Below, piece by piece: positions 34,026 through 48,978 of a stretch of DNA of 64,000 nucleotides (positions within the stretch are counted from its first letter, which is position 1; each line of letters opens with the position of its first letter). Position numbers and translations under genes: made by a program. The notes under the pieces were generated by a model that saw only the letters and a program-made list of their open reading frames with translations, searched no databases and was not told the DNA's origin. Source of the DNA: an uncultured Methanosarcinaceae archaeon (GTDB taxonomy: Archaea; Halobacteriota; Methanosarcinia; Methanosarcinales; Methanosarcinaceae); assembly GCA_963727895.1 (NCBI GenBank), contig CAVSHT010000011.1:160001-224000 (forward strand), in the 5' to 3' direction.

Positions 34026-34411
34026 AAATTTAAATAATTTTGCACTTACTGACATTACAACAAAGCAAGACATAAGAATTTTGAGTACTAAGTGGAATCT
34101 TCTAAATTTAAAGTCTTCAAGAATACCAGTCCCGTTGTCCGAGAATATTTAAACAAAATCTGTAATGTTCTTCAATCTCTTTCCGGATACTTATATTGGA
34201 TCCATAAATATCTACACACTTTTCATAAGATGAGGATTGAAACGCTAGATTGAAACGCCATCGAGTATACATTTATATATATTGTCACTTTTATTCTTTC
34301 AGGTATATTTAAGGAAATCACATTATGTACATTATTTTCTAGATTGAGTAATAGTATAAAACAAAAAATGATATAAATAGATAAGAGAGTAAAAATTAGT
34401 AGGAGAAATAA

Positions 34412-35050
34412 GTGATAACCGAAAATCTCGGATTTTTAATCCACTTTTTCACAATTATCTTCGTTGTTGTCAACCCTCTTAGCGGAGTAGTTACTTTCAT
34501 CTCTTTGACCAGCAAGATGAGAAATGAAGAAAAAAACGAAATCGCAAAAAAGTCAGTTATACTTGCATGTGTAATTGCCCTATTTTTTGCAATTGCAGGA
34601 AATATTATACTTAACCTGTTCAACATTAGCGTAGATTCGTTGCGGGTTGCAGGAGGAATTCTGCTTTTCAGCATTGCTTTTGATATGATGCATGCTAAAA
34701 TCTCAAAGGGAAGGATTACTGAAGAAGAGATTTCTCATTCTCAGGAACGAGAAGACATCTGGATCTTCCCGATAAGCCTTCCTCTTCTGACAGGTCCCGG
34801 TACGATCAGTACAGTTATTGTTTTGATGGGAGGAACAGCATCAATTGTTCAAAAAATGATAATTCTCATATCAATCATATTGACGTTCATTATCTGCTAT
34901 TATATCTTCCACTTCTCAAGAGGGATTCACAAGATGATAGGATATAATGGGATGCTGGTTTTTACAAGGCTGATGGGGCTTTTGCTTGCTGCTCTTGCAG
35001 TGGATTTAACTTTTAAAGGTATAATAAATATATACCAGTTAGCAATGTGA
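34412..35050 (+). CDS. MarC family membrane protein (paralog of 27220-27870)
   Basis: Very similar sequence: SLRVAGGILLFSIAFDMMHAKIS...RLMGLLLAALAVDL. Confidence 0.9.
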   Translation: MITENLGFLIHFFTIIFVVVNPLSGVVTFISLTSKMRNEEKNEIAKKSVILACVIALFFAIAGNIILNLFNISVDSLRVAGGILLFSIAFDMMHAKISKGRITEEEISHSQEREDIWIFPISLPLLTGPGTISTVIVLMGGTASIVQKMIILISIILTFIICYYIFHFSRGIHKMIGYNGMLVFTRLMGLLLAALAVDLTFKGIINIYQLAM

Positions 35051-35252
35051 GACAGTACATTTTAAAAGCTGTCTCAAAACCCAACCTATTTTCTAAATCT
35101 CTTAATGCTCTATAATTACTCGTTTATAGAAAATTTTGTATAAATGGACTTATCTCTGTAAATTTTCTTTTTTTGGATACTAAATAGTAAAATTTATTTC
35201 GCTAGCTCTTAGTATCAAAAAATAGTATTAAAGAATAATAATTCAACAACTG

Positions 35253-36265
35253 ATGATGAATATGGTAAATTTGAATGTGAAATATCAATTTGTCCCTGCG
35301 TATACTTTTGGTAAGCCAAATCAATCAGTAGTGCTTGCAGAACAAGAAGCATCTATTAAAGACATCAATGAATATGTAATAGACGGAAATGCAAAAGTTT
35401 GTCTTGATCTGTTACCAAATCCTAGTATTAATGTATATTTTTCCGGCAAAAAACTCGACACTACTAAAGTATCACTAAGAAAGTTACATGGAGAATATAT
35501 AGATCAAAAACAATTTGAATTTACATTTAAAAAATATATAAATTGGTCTGAAGGATATATACTACAAGCCAACTTTTTAAATATTAATGGACCTTCACTA
35601 GTTTTTTTCCCGCGTTTTGATCCAATGATTGTAGTTGGAGACGATGACACACAGATACAATATGTTGTTTTCCATTTATTCAATTTCGTGAATTTTCTTG
35701 GAACAAGTACAAGTATAGAGGAATTTGTAACCTCTCATTCCTATGGAGGTTACCTAATTCAGCATGTCCATTTCAAAACAGATGATTGGGCTGTAGAGCT
35801 ACGATCTTTATCAGAATCAAAAACTAATTTTAAAATATTGGATGAAAGGGCGGATATGGGATTACACACATAGGGAAATTTGAAAACGTGGACAATACTA
35901 AATTTTCAGATAAGGAAGCTAAAGATCAGCTAAATGCTCTACACTCATTTTTCTCTTTTGTGAAGGGATTTTCTTGTAGACCCATTTGTGCTGTAGGCTA
36001 TGATTCTTCAGGGAATCCTATATGGGAAGGGTGGTCTGCACCAACTGAGTCTACTTTTTCATCATCATTTTCTTCAATTTCGTGGTTTGATAGAATGCAT
36101 TCTGATCAAATGGAAAAACTGTTCTTGGGTTTTATGAAATGCTGGTTTAAGGAAAGATGGAATGATACTTTTCAAAAAGTAATTTATTGGTATTATAATG
36201 CTAATACCTCTAAAAAAGATGCAGGAATTATACTTGCTCAAACTGCTCTTGAAAGATTATTTTAG
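35253..36265 (+). pseudogene. Hypothetical protein, frameshifted (~35860) and C-terminally truncated by the adjacent IS
   Basis: Two consecutive ORFs read as one protein ending IYWYYNAN...GIILAQTALERL at the transposase boundary. Confidence 0.55.
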
Positions 36266-37527
36266 AGTCTTTTTAATTTTTTCTGGTTTTTCTGCGATTC
36301 TATAATAACAATGGAATTCTATCCAAATTCATTAAACTCATTTCCTCATTTTGGAAAAGTTGATCCACTTATTTTTAACTTTTTTATACATATTTCTGAT
36401 TTTTTTCAAAATCATTCGATAGCTACCGCTGTAAAGTTGCATGTTTATAGTGGAAGTTTCCATTCACCCTTTATTATCCATACTGGAATCTCGCCCTCAT
36501 CAAGGGCGAAAATCCTGCCCATTTTCCAGTGCGGAAACACCTTTTGTTGAAATAAGCAAACAAATTGTAGCAAAAATTAGTTAGACCACTATCAGTTTTG
36601 AATGATCTTGTCTTGTCTACGATGTCTCCTATCAAAGAAAATATCTGTTCCATTGTATTATCCGTCTCAGGTGTAAATCCTTTTTTCAAAAAGTTTATGT
36701 TCTTCATGAAAATTTCTTTTGCATAAGAAATCGCTTTTTGAGATGCTTTTGAAAGTTCAAGATTAGATGCCAGGTTTAGGATATTTTGAAAACACACGAC
36801 AGAATTAATGACCGTATCAGACTGTATTAATTGACAGATTTCATTGTACACAAGTTTATCATTGTCTGGAATACTTTTTACAGATCCAAAATCATCACTA
36901 TACGTAAACGGATTGATATCGCATCTTTTTCCATTCTTTTAATGTAATCTCTCGTCCTATCAGAGTCTCAAACTTCTTTTTCCATCCTTTCTTGACCCGA
37001 TCTCCATCAATATACAAAGTTCCATCAAAATCAGGATTTTGGTCTAAAAGTTCTTGCTTAGAAAATGCAGATTGTTTTTGCTCATGCAACCATAATGAAG
37101 AGGCACAAGGAGCTCTGCCGCATATATCAGTCAAACCTTCTGTATATGTTTCGCCTACCCTACAGGAATTGTGAAGACTGCATCTGCTATCGTATCTGAC
37201 AAGCATTTGTTCGTCATAGAACTCATCACTGTAATTTGCGGATCCAGAAACACCAACGATCTGATCATGAAAATGCTTTTTACAAGTAGGACAAATCCAG
37301 TATGTAGTATTGCAAGTTATGGTGCCATAACTTGTGAGAATTGAACGAGTATAGTGAGAGTTCACATTTAATTTAGCGCCACAAAAATCACAATGAGTAG
37401 GAGATATTAAAGAGAACAGAGAATGAAAGCGATTTTCAACTAGCAATTTCGGCAAAGGAATTAATACATTGCCTTCAAATATCGTTTTTATCATTGAATT
37501 CTCGATTGATTTATTTCCTCTTCCCAT
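36263..37527 (-). mobile_element. Fragmented transposase (ISNCY/DDE-like)
   Basis: CDFCG...CPTC zinc ribbon, TLYIDGD and TDNTMEQIFS (DDE-like) motifs, with an internal deletion between ORFs 36898-37527 and 36474-36851. Confidence 0.7.
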
Positions 37528-38017
37528 TAAAACGAATTTATCTCAATGAAATTAAAATTTTATTGTTTTGCACGATTGAGAAAAAAAGAGGTAGACCAGA
37601 AAATAATAAAAAGTCTCAGAATTTAACAGAGAAAAAGCAGAAGCTCAGCCAAAACAAAAAGACATCTCCATCAACTGTTTCTCCTGCGGACTAGCTATCT
37701 AATTCCTATCAGACACAACCTGCAAAGCCTCTGGGTCTGTACCCGCTGCCTTCCTAAACTGATTCACGGTTAACCCTTCTTTCAACTCTTTTTTGCTCAA
37801 TAAATCTGCTTGAGCACAAATGTCAGTCACAACTATTGCACTTGATGACCATATCGTATCTACCTGTCTTGAGGGCAAGCTTATTAAAAGCGGCTTTTTA
37901 ACAGATTTGCAGGGTTCTGCAAAATTTGTGGGATTCTGTAAGGTCTTAGGAATAGATAAATAATATGCAGTATATTAATATTAAATATTAAATATACTGT
38001 AATTGGGGGTTAATTAA

Positions 38018-38380
38018 ATGAGAGGGCATCAAGAACTTGAGCACAAAGAGTTACTTGAAAGTATGAGTGAGAAGCTGGGTTTTACCCCGCATATTCTTGA
38101 AATTCTTGGAGACCTTGACGAGGAATCTCTTAAAAAATACAACAGGTGTAATAACAAATTACTGTCAGATGGCGCTCTGCCTGCAAAAGTGAAAATCCTG
38201 ATAGCACTTGCTGTAGTTGCATCCAAGCAATGTGAAAGATGTACAGTTGTACAGATGCAGAGTGCACTTAAAAATGGTGCCACCAAAGAAGAAATAATGG
38301 AAGTTATGGATGTCATATTCATAACATCAGGAGCACCTGCAGTCGCAGCTTGTAGGGATGCATTAAAGCTGTTAAAGTAA
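38018..38380 (+). CDS. Carboxymuconolactone decarboxylase/AhpD family protein
   Basis: [15 protein letters not shown]...CERC...[11 protein letters not shown]. Confidence 0.9.
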   Translation: MRGHQELEHKELLESMSEKLGFTPHILEILGDLDEESLKKYNRCNNKLLSDGALPAKVKILIALAVVASKQCERCTVVQMQSALKNGATKEEIMEVMDVIFITSGAPAVAACRDALKLLK

Positions 38381-38444
38381 AATTTTACTTAATTTATTTT
38401 TTAAAAATTGAAAAAGGGAACCCTCATCGACTTTGGTTTATATT

Positions 38445-38576
38445 GAGCTTCTCCAAAACTCAAAATTAGTTTTCTGAATCTCGAATTTTGAACAATCAAT
38501 CGAGTTTCTTTTTATAAAATAGACTTTTTGAAACTTTTGTTGATTTAAGAAGAAATAAAGTTTTTAGGATGAGCTC
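38445..38576. repeat. Possible MITE remnant with short imperfect inverted ends
   Basis: GAGCTTCTCCAAAAC on the left and TTTTAGGATGAGCTC on the right. Confidence 0.3.
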
Positions 38577-38821
38577 TCTACAAAAAGCAATATCATTATG
38601 AATTCATCACTCTATCTTAATAGAGTATATTCTATCGTGAGAATGAGTAATGTTACAGAAACAGTTACAGAAACGCTGGCGGAAAGAGCGTCTTAGTTGA
38701 CGACCGCCGGCAGATTCCTCAGCAATTGCTGAGTAGTTAGAAAATATTATGAAACAATGAATGAAAAGAGGGTTTCAAGACCGGGTACAGAGAATTTCTG
38801 TAGCCTGTCTCTTTTCTCGTT

Positions 38822-40436
<1,615 letters not shown>

Positions 40437-40786
40437 TTATAATTCTCCTGTAATACTTGATGAGTTTCATCGTATTCAAATATTTACTATATATTAACAT
40501 AAGAGACGGGTCCCAATATTGATTTACTAGCTTGTACATATTCTATTTTATCAATATTGTCAGTTTTCCCTTTCCGGGCTCCTTCTCGAACCGCAACTCT
40601 ATAAATTTCCAGTGGTCTGGACTGCTTTCCCCAATATAGGCATATCTTGTTTTAAAGCTTTCCGATTGGCCATATCCCCGAACCGATAGGGATTCTCTTC
40701 CCTTCCAGATCAGTCGGGTACTTTTTTGTCCTGCCTGAGGAGACAGGTATAACCTTAAAAATATTAAGGGTAAGCGAAAAATTCGC

Positions 40787-42980
40787 TTACATTGAAAGGA
40801 AGTCTGCAGCTTTGGGCAGTTCCTTCTTCAGACCCTTCCTTTCTCTGATCTTACCCACAATCTCGTTCTGGATGCTGGTAGGCACAACGTCAAAGCCGCC
40901 GAATTCAGTGCTCCACATAGCACGTCCTTCGGTTGCAGACCTGATCTCGCCTGCAAATCCAAACATCTCAGCTACAGGCACTCTTGCCTCAATAATTGCC
41001 AGGTCTCCTTCCGTGGTCATGTTAAGAATAACTCCACGGCGACCCTGCAGTTCCTTTGTTGCACCACCCATTAAAAGCTGGGGCACCTGGATAAAGACCT
41101 TCTGATAAGGCTCAAGCAGGGTGTCATCTGCCATAAGCATACCTGCCTGAATGGCCTGCCTTGAAGCAGGAATAACCTGTGCCGGACCTCTGTGGATTGC
41201 GTCTTCGTGAAGCTTGGCATCTACGAGCACACATTTCACATTTGCTACAGGTTCCCTAGTAAGTGGGCCTGCACGCATGACTTCCTCAAACCCATCAAGT
41301 ATGAGTTCCATTGTCTCATTCAGGTACTGGATACCTTTGGTCATATCGATGAAAATATTGGAATTAAAGATGCCGACAATACCTTTTGCTTCTTCTTTCT
41401 CCATGCCAAGATCAATCAGCTTCTGCCTGCGCTCAAGTTCAGGCAGGTTCATGTTGATATCACCGGATTTGATAGCACTGACGATCTCAAGGTCAAGGGG
41501 TTCCACATGGATATAGAACCTGTTGTGCCTGTTTGGAGACTTTCCTTCAACAGCTTCAATCTTCTTCTTAATGGTTTCCCTGTAAACGACAATTGGCTTG
41601 CTTGTGGTGATTTCCACATTCTTGTCCCTTTCAATCCTGTGGGCAATAACCTCAAGGTGAAGTTCTCCCATACCTGCCATAAGGTGTTCCCCGGTTTCCT
41701 CATCAAGAGTTATCTGAAGAGTTGGGTCTTCCTTTGCAACCTGTCTGAGTACCTCAATTAGTTTGGGCAAGTCTTTGGTGTGTTTTGCTTCAACAGCTAC
41801 AGTCACCACAGGTTCACTCACGTGCCTTATGCTTTCAAAAGGAGCCATGCCATCAAGAGTAGTCACAGTAGATCCGACGATTGCATCTTTCAGGCCGGTA
41901 ACTGCAGCAATGTTTCCTGCAGGAATCTTGTCCACTTCAAGCCTTTCAGGCCCCATGAAGATACTAACCTGCTGGACTCTGCTCTTCTTTGCAGTTCCTG
42001 AAGTAAAGACCTCCATACCACGGGTAAAAGAACCACTAAACAGCCTTCCTGTTGCAACTTCTCCTGCGTGGGGGTCAATTGAAATGTCAGTTACCATGAA
42101 TGCAAGATCTCCGTCTGCATTTGCATGGATCATTGAAGTTCCGATATCAGAGTCCTCATCCCCATGCCAGATGACCTTTACTCTATCCTTCTGAGCTTCA
42201 AGAGGATTTGGCAAGAAGTTAATGACCATATCAAGAACAGCTTCGTGCAGAGGACATTTTTGTGCCAGAGACTTCATATCTCCAACTTTACAGAACTCAT
42301 ATACGTCGTTAAAAGAGACCCCGGTTTTCTTCATCATGGGTACACTGATTGCCCAGTTGTAAAGAGCGGACCCAAAAGCAACAGTTCCGGCTGCAGCATC
42401 GACTCTCCAGCCTGCCTTGTATTTTTCAGGGTTCATATTCTTGATGAGCTTGTTCACGTGATCAATAACTTTTCCAAGACGAACCTGCATTTCCTGGGAA
42501 TCAACTTGTAACTCATTGATCAGCCTGTCAACCTTGTTAACGAAAAGTACAGGTCTAACATGTTCCCTTAAAGCCTGTCTCAGCACGGTTTCAGTCTGAG
42601 GCATAGTACCTTCGACTGCATCCACAACAACAACTGCACCGTCCACGGCTCTCATAGCACGAGTAACGTCCCCACCGAAGTCAACGTGTCCAGGAGTATC
42701 GATCAAGTTAATCAGGTAGTCTTCATTATCGTAATTGTGAACCATGGAAACGTTCGAGGCGTCAATTGTGATACCTCTTGCCTGTTCCTCTTCGTCGGAA
42801 TCCATGAATAATTGTCTGCCCGCAAGTTCCTTGGAAATCATGCCGGCGCCAGCTAACAGGTTATCCGATAATGTAGTCTTTCCGTGGTCAATGTGCGCAA
42901 CGATTCCAATGTTTCTGATCTTTGTTGGTTCATTCATGAGCGTCGTTACGCGCTCGACCATCTTTCTTCCTTCGTCCCAT
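40787..42980 (-). CDS. fusA: Elongation factor 2 (apparent 1-nt insertion just after the start)
   Basis: [25 protein letters not shown]. The ATG at 42978-42980 (MGRRKK) is one base out of frame with MVERV. Confidence 0.97.
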
Positions 42981-43049
42981 AATAATACCTTGTAAATAAA
43001 TATGTCCAGATTATATTGACTTTTTAATCGGGGAAACCCGCATAAGTAA

Positions 43050-44055
<1,006 letters not shown>

Positions 44056-44142
44056 TTAAAAATTGATCTCAGTTTTTAGAGGCATACCGGATGCCAGAGT
44101 ATTCTTCAACGCCGGATTAGTAGATCAATGTAATAAGATAAA

Positions 44143-44568
44143 TTACTGCAGGATCACATCTTCGAAATCATGATGACGACGGGCAAGTATCTTTACCTTT
44201 TCAATATTCTTCCCGTTACGGCCTATGGCAAGACCCTTCTCTTTATTGGGTACCTCTACATAAGCTAATCGCTTGCCATTTTTACTTATAATGTTTACCG
44301 AGCTCACGGACACTGGTCCGAAGGCATTCTTCAGGAAGGTTACAGGGTCATCTGAATATTCCACAAGTTCTATAGGTTTGTCCAGAACCTTTTTAACACG
44401 GTTTATGTTCTCCCCATTTTTGCCTATGGCAAGTCCCATATCACCATGTTTTACGACATATACAAGCCTTTCCTCTTCAGCGATACAGTCTAGAATTTTG
44501 GCCCGTGTCATATTTTCAAATAACGCAATATGCTGGATACTTTCTGCAGTAAGTCTTATTTCACCCAA
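44143..44568 (-). CDS. nusA: Archaeal NusA
   Basis: Two KH repeats (GLAIGKNG, GLAIGRNG); conserved operon position. Confidence 0.95.
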   Translation of the reverse strand: MGEIRLTAESIQHIALFENMTRAKILDCIAEEERLVYVVKHGDMGLAIGKNGENINRVKKVLDKPIELVEYSDDPVTFLKNAFGPVSVSSVNIISKNGKRLAYVEVPNKEKGLAIGRNGKNIEKVKILARRHHDFEDVILQ

Positions 44569-44588
44569 GACGTTGCCAACTCCTTCTA

Positions 44589-44885
44589 TTAAACTGTAGC
44601 TGCCAGAATATCAGATTCTCCTACATCGAGAATTGCCATGGCTGCAATCGTAAAAGGCTTACCGCATATAGGTCCAAGTTCTACACTTGTGCCTTCATAT
44701 TCCAGAACAGGTACATTTGTTGCCTGAACTTTATTTTTGATATCTTCTGGGCAGTTTGATGCCAGTACCACCATTTTTGCAGTGCCTTCTGTAGCTACAT
44801 CAACGGTCCTATTGGCTCCAATGATTACTTTTCCTGTTTTCACAGCCTTGATAAGAGATTTATCAACATTGATCTTCATTTTCAT
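44589..44885 (-). CDS. rpl30e: 50S ribosomal protein eL30
   Basis: [10 protein letters not shown]...ASNCP...[10 protein letters not shown]...GESDI. Confidence 0.95.
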   Translation of the reverse strand: MKMKINVDKSLIKAVKTGKVIIGANRTVDVATEGTAKMVVLASNCPEDIKNKVQATNVPVLEYEGTSVELGPICGKPFTIAAMAILDVGESDILAATV

Positions 44886-45139
44886 CAACTCTGTCTCAAA
44901 TGAGCTCGTTTACTCGATCTCTTTCTTAATAACGATTTTCCAAGCTCGGTGAATATATGGTACTCTAAATACCTGATGCCTTATATTTATTTACTGGTTA
45001 TGAGCTTAGCGGGCTCAAGGTTTTGCAGCAGGACTTTCTGAGTTTCATAAAGGTAATGTATACCTGATTTGGACTGGTCTTCTATCAGGTTACACATTTA
45101 AATAATTATAGGTTAAGGTTCAGGTTTTTACCCTGAAAA

Positions 45140-46324
45140 TCACTCTTCTTCGACTTTAATTTCGTCTCTTTTTTTAGTTATCAGGTGAACGTCTCCAGTA
45201 CCCATGCGAATTGGCTGTCCAACAATAATATTTTCCGTGACCCCCTGAAGATGATCCACATCCCCGCGCATCCCTGCATCCAGAAGGTGATTTACTGTAA
45301 CTTCGAAAGCTGCACGAGCAAATACACTTGCCTTTTCGCCTGAAATCCCATGTCTTCCGATCTGTTTTACTTCTCCATCACAGGTCATGAGATCGGCCAC
45401 AAGCATAATATGACGGATATCAACAGTTAGACCCTGTTCACGCAGGGTATCTGTAGCTTCCTTAATAATTGCATTTCTCGCAGCTTCAACCCCAAGAACT
45501 TCATAAATTTCATTAATATTATTAGTACTTGTCCTTGTTTTGTCTACGCCTTCAAACTGCAGTACTTCACGCAGGGCAGAACCTTCAGTATAAAGAGTAT
45601 ATTCCTCCCCTTCTTTTCGAACCACTACACGCTTGATTCCTTCTATCCCTTTAAGAGTGACATTGTGGATACTTTTCGCAAGCTGCAAAAGCTCCCTGTA
45701 AGAAGGCTCTCCTGGGACAATAACAATTTGATTATCTATATCTGGAGAAATACTAACCAGCACGTTCAGCTCTTCGGTGAACTTTTCCTTTACCTGATCT
45801 ATAGTAATGTTCCGGCCTTCCATTGCTTTTTCATGAAGGTCAATTATTAACTTCATCTGAGAAAGATCAGTGGTCACATCAGCAATGTGGTCGATTTTCG
45901 TTGCTTCAATTTCCCAAGCAAGGGCTCTTGTCTTTTCCCTGTCGTAAGCATAATCTTCAGGATTCTCTTTAGAAAGAGCAATTGTCATCATAGGAGTGCT
46001 CGGAATTTTCCGAGCATCCACAATTTCGATAAGACGAGGCAGACCTAGCGTAACGTTAATCTCAGCCACACCAGCGTAGTGGAAAGTACGCATCGTCATC
46101 TGAGTACCAGGTTCCCCTATAGACTGAGCCGCAACCACACCAGCAGCATCACAGGGCTCGATACATGAGACCTCATATTCTTCCATTGCCTTTTCTATTA
46201 TCTCTTCCATTTCTTTTTTGCTTACTCCGGCTTTGATGACATCTTCCTTGATAGTGTTGATAATATTCGAAGGAAAAGGAAGATCTTTCAGCATGCTATC
46301 AATTGTAGTTTCACTGATACTCAT
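45140..46324 (-). CDS. rpoA2: RNA polymerase subunit A''
   Basis: AAQSIGEPGTQMTMRTFH, TLGLPRL, DIRHIMLVAD. Confidence 0.98.
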   Translation of the reverse strand: MSISETTIDSMLKDLPFPSNIINTIKEDVIKAGVSKKEMEEIIEKAMEEYEVSCIEPCDAAGVVAAQSIGEPGTQMTMRTFHYAGVAEINVTLGLPRLIEIVDARKIPSTPMMTIALSKENPEDYAYDREKTRALAWEIEATKIDHIADVTTDLSQMKLIIDLHEKAMEGRNITIDQVKEKFTEELNVLVSISPDIDNQIVIVPGEPSYRELLQLAKSIHNVTLKGIEGIKRVVVRKEGEEYTLYTEGSALREVLQFEGVDKTRTSTNNINEIYEVLGVEAARNAIIKEATDTLREQGLTVDIRHIMLVADLMTCDGEVKQIGRHGISGEKASVFARAAFEVTVNHLLDAGMRGDVDHLQGVTENIIVGQPIRMGTGDVHLITKKRDEIKVEEE

Positions 46325-48966
46325 CAGGCCACCTCCTTGTTAACAACCGAACGGACAATTCTATGGATAGTATCAGGCTTGCTGAAATCGCTCTTTGTAG
46401 GATTGATCCCATCTTCCCCATACTTGAACTGTACGAGCACGCCTCTGGTATCCCTGACAGTAAGGTCATACTGAACTTCGAGATCCTGAAGAGCATTGAC
46501 AAGTCTCCTCTGCAGGTACCCTGACTGCGATGTTCTGACTGCAGTGTCCACAAGACCTTCTCTACCACCAATTGCGTGGAAGAAATATTCGGTTGGGTTT
46601 AACCCGCTCTTGTAACTAGCCTTCACGAATCCATGAGCATCCGAACCAAGGTCTCCCTTTTCGAAATGAGGCAATGTTCTGCCTGCATATCCTCTGCGGA
46701 TACGTTCACCACGTACCGCCTGTTGACCAACGCAGGCTGCCATTTGAGTAAGGTTCAGGATAGAACCTCTGGCACCTGAGCGGGCCATGATAACTGCTGA
46801 ATTTTCAAGTCCCATGTGACTGTCTGCAATGTTACCGGTCTCGTCTCTGGCCTTTCCGAGCTTCTGCATAATGCTCATTTCAATTGTCTCATCAAGGGTT
46901 CTTCCAGGAAGGGGTTCAAGCTCTTTATTTTGATAAGATATAATAAGGTTCTGAACAGCATCTTCAGCTTTGCCTAGGACCTCGTTGATCTGGATCCTTG
47001 CTTCTTTTGGAATATCTTCATCAGCTATTCCGAAACTCAAACCTGTCCGCATGATAGCCCGAATCGCAAGCATTGTCATATTATCTATGAACTTGGACCC
47101 AGCTTCGGGACCTATCTCCTTGATAATTCGATCCTGGATCTTTCCTTTAAATGCTCCGATCGCCGCCTCGTCTATCGTGCCCATGATGAGCTGTCCATCT
47201 CGGATTACCACATAGGCATCATTCGGACACTCTTCTTTCTTACAGGTGTCACAGTGCGAGCAAACCTGGGCTGAAAACTGTGTATTCAGGTTTTTGGGCA
47301 GGATCTGGCTGAAAATCTGTTTTCCTGTCCAGTAAGGCTTCCCCTCTGGATCATACCCTGCAGGTGCAGGCAAATCTCGAGCGCTGCTCTTTCGGAGCAT
47401 ATCGTAAGCATCGTAGCTGGAAATATGATTTTCGAAACGTGTCAGCAAAAAAAGTCCTGAAATGTGGTCGTGGATTCCACCTATAATAGGACCGCCAAAA
47501 CGCGGAGAAAGAATATTTTCCTGAACCTGCATCAGGATCTTTGCCTCAGCCCTGGACTCTTCGGTCTGAAGGGCATGCATGTTCATCTCGTCCCCATCAA
47601 AGTCAGCGTTATATGGAGGACATACAGCAGGATTCAGCCTGAAAGTCTTATTCGGAAATACCTTCACAGAATGAGCCATAATACTCATCTTGTGTAGGGA
47701 CGGCTGCCTGTTAAAGAGTACAATATCTCCATCCTTTAACTGGCGTTCAACTGTCCATCCAAACTCCAGCTTTTCGGCAAGATCATCTTTGTTTACATTG
47801 GTAACTTTTATACGTCTTTCATCACGACGCAGTACGTAGTTTGCTCCGGGATGTACATCTCCCCCATTGCGCACGTAAATTTTGAGCTGTTCTATATTCC
47901 TTGGCGTTACCACCTCGGGCATTGTTAGAGTCCGTGCAATGGGCATAGGAACCCCTACTTCATTAATACTCAGGTTTGGATCAGGCGAGATTACTGTACG
48001 GGCTGAGAAATTAACACGCTTACCCGACAAACTTCCTCTGAAACGACCTTCTTTACCCTTTAAACGCTGAGAAAGGGTTTTTAAAGGTCTGCCTGACCTG
48101 TGCCTTGCAGGAGGAATTCCTGAAACGGAGTTATCAAAGAACGTTGTTACGTGATACTGAAGGAGTTCCCAGAGATCCTCAATAATGAGCTGAGGAGCAC
48201 CAGCTTCCCTGTTTTCCTGGAAACGCTGGTTAATTCTGATAATATCTACCAGTTTGTGGGTCAGGTCATCTTCACTGCGCTGCCCGGATTCAAGAGTAAT
48301 TGAAGGACGAACTGTAACAGGAGGCACGGGAAGAACCGTAAGGATCATCCATTCAGGCCTTGCATTTTTCGGGTCCATCCCAATAACTTTGATGTCTTCG
48401 TCAGGAATATTCTCAAAGCGGTCCCTTATTTCGGTAGGGGTTAATTTTTCTCCGTTTTCGAGATATTCAGTAGGCTTTTCGAATTTAATTTCCAGCTGTT
48501 CCTCATTACAGTAAGGACAGACCTTTACTTTGCTGGCTTCCTTATAAGCCTCGTTAATCACGTCATCAGGCATATGTCCGATTTCTTCAATGCCTGTAAG
48601 CTGGTCCAGATAATGCTGTTTCTGTGCAGGTTCAAGCAGGATCTTGCTGCATTTCCGGCAGGTTGCTCTGAGAAGTTTTCGGATTACCTTGTTGAAACCA
48701 ACATGTACTACCGGAGAAACAAGTTCAATGTGTCCGAAGTGTCCCGGACACTCACCAGCCCGCCCTGAACATGTCTTGCAGCGAAGGCCTGGATCAATAA
48801 CTCCGAGCCTAGTGTCCATAAGCCCCATGTCAATTGGAAATCCGTCATCATCGTAAGTGTCGGCTGTGATAACAGGCGTTGAACTCATTTTACGGATTTC
48901 TTTAGGAGACATTAAGCCGAATTTAATAGAAGAAATTCTTTTCGGAATTGGAGGTACGTTTGCCAT
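46324..48966 (-). CDS. rpoA1: RNA polymerase subunit A'
   Basis: CPGHFGH and the NADFDGD catalytic motif. Confidence 0.99.
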   Translation of the reverse strand: MANVPPIPKRISSIKFGLMSPKEIRKMSSTPVITADTYDDDGFPIDMGLMDTRLGVIDPGLRCKTCSGRAGECPGHFGHIELVSPVVHVGFNKVIRKLLRATCRKCSKILLEPAQKQHYLDQLTGIEEIGHMPDDVINEAYKEASKVKVCPYCNEEQLEIKFEKPTEYLENGEKLTPTEIRDRFENIPDEDIKVIGMDPKNARPEWMILTVLPVPPVTVRPSITLESGQRSEDDLTHKLVDIIRINQRFQENREAGAPQLIIEDLWELLQYHVTTFFDNSVSGIPPARHRSGRPLKTLSQRLKGKEGRFRGSLSGKRVNFSARTVISPDPNLSINEVGVPMPIARTLTMPEVVTPRNIEQLKIYVRNGGDVHPGANYVLRRDERRIKVTNVNKDDLAEKLEFGWTVERQLKDGDIVLFNRQPSLHKMSIMAHSVKVFPNKTFRLNPAVCPPYNADFDGDEMNMHALQTEESRAEAKILMQVQENILSPRFGGPIIGGIHDHISGLFLLTRFENHISSYDAYDMLRKSSARDLPAPAGYDPEGKPYWTGKQIFSQILPKNLNTQFSAQVCSHCDTCKKEECPNDAYVVIRDGQLIMGTIDEAAIGAFKGKIQDRIIKEIGPEAGSKFIDNMTMLAIRAIMRTGLSFGIADEDIPKEARIQINEVLGKAEDAVQNLIISYQNKELEPLPGRTLDETIEMSIMQKLGKARDETGNIADSHMGLENSAVIMARSGARGSILNLTQMAACVGQQAVRGERIRRGYAGRTLPHFEKGDLGSDAHGFVKASYKSGLNPTEYFFHAIGGREGLVDTAVRTSQSGYLQRRLVNALQDLEVQYDLTVRDTRGVLVQFKYGEDGINPTKSDFSKPDTIHRIVRSVVNKEVA

Positions 48967-48978
48967 ATCTACCTCACC

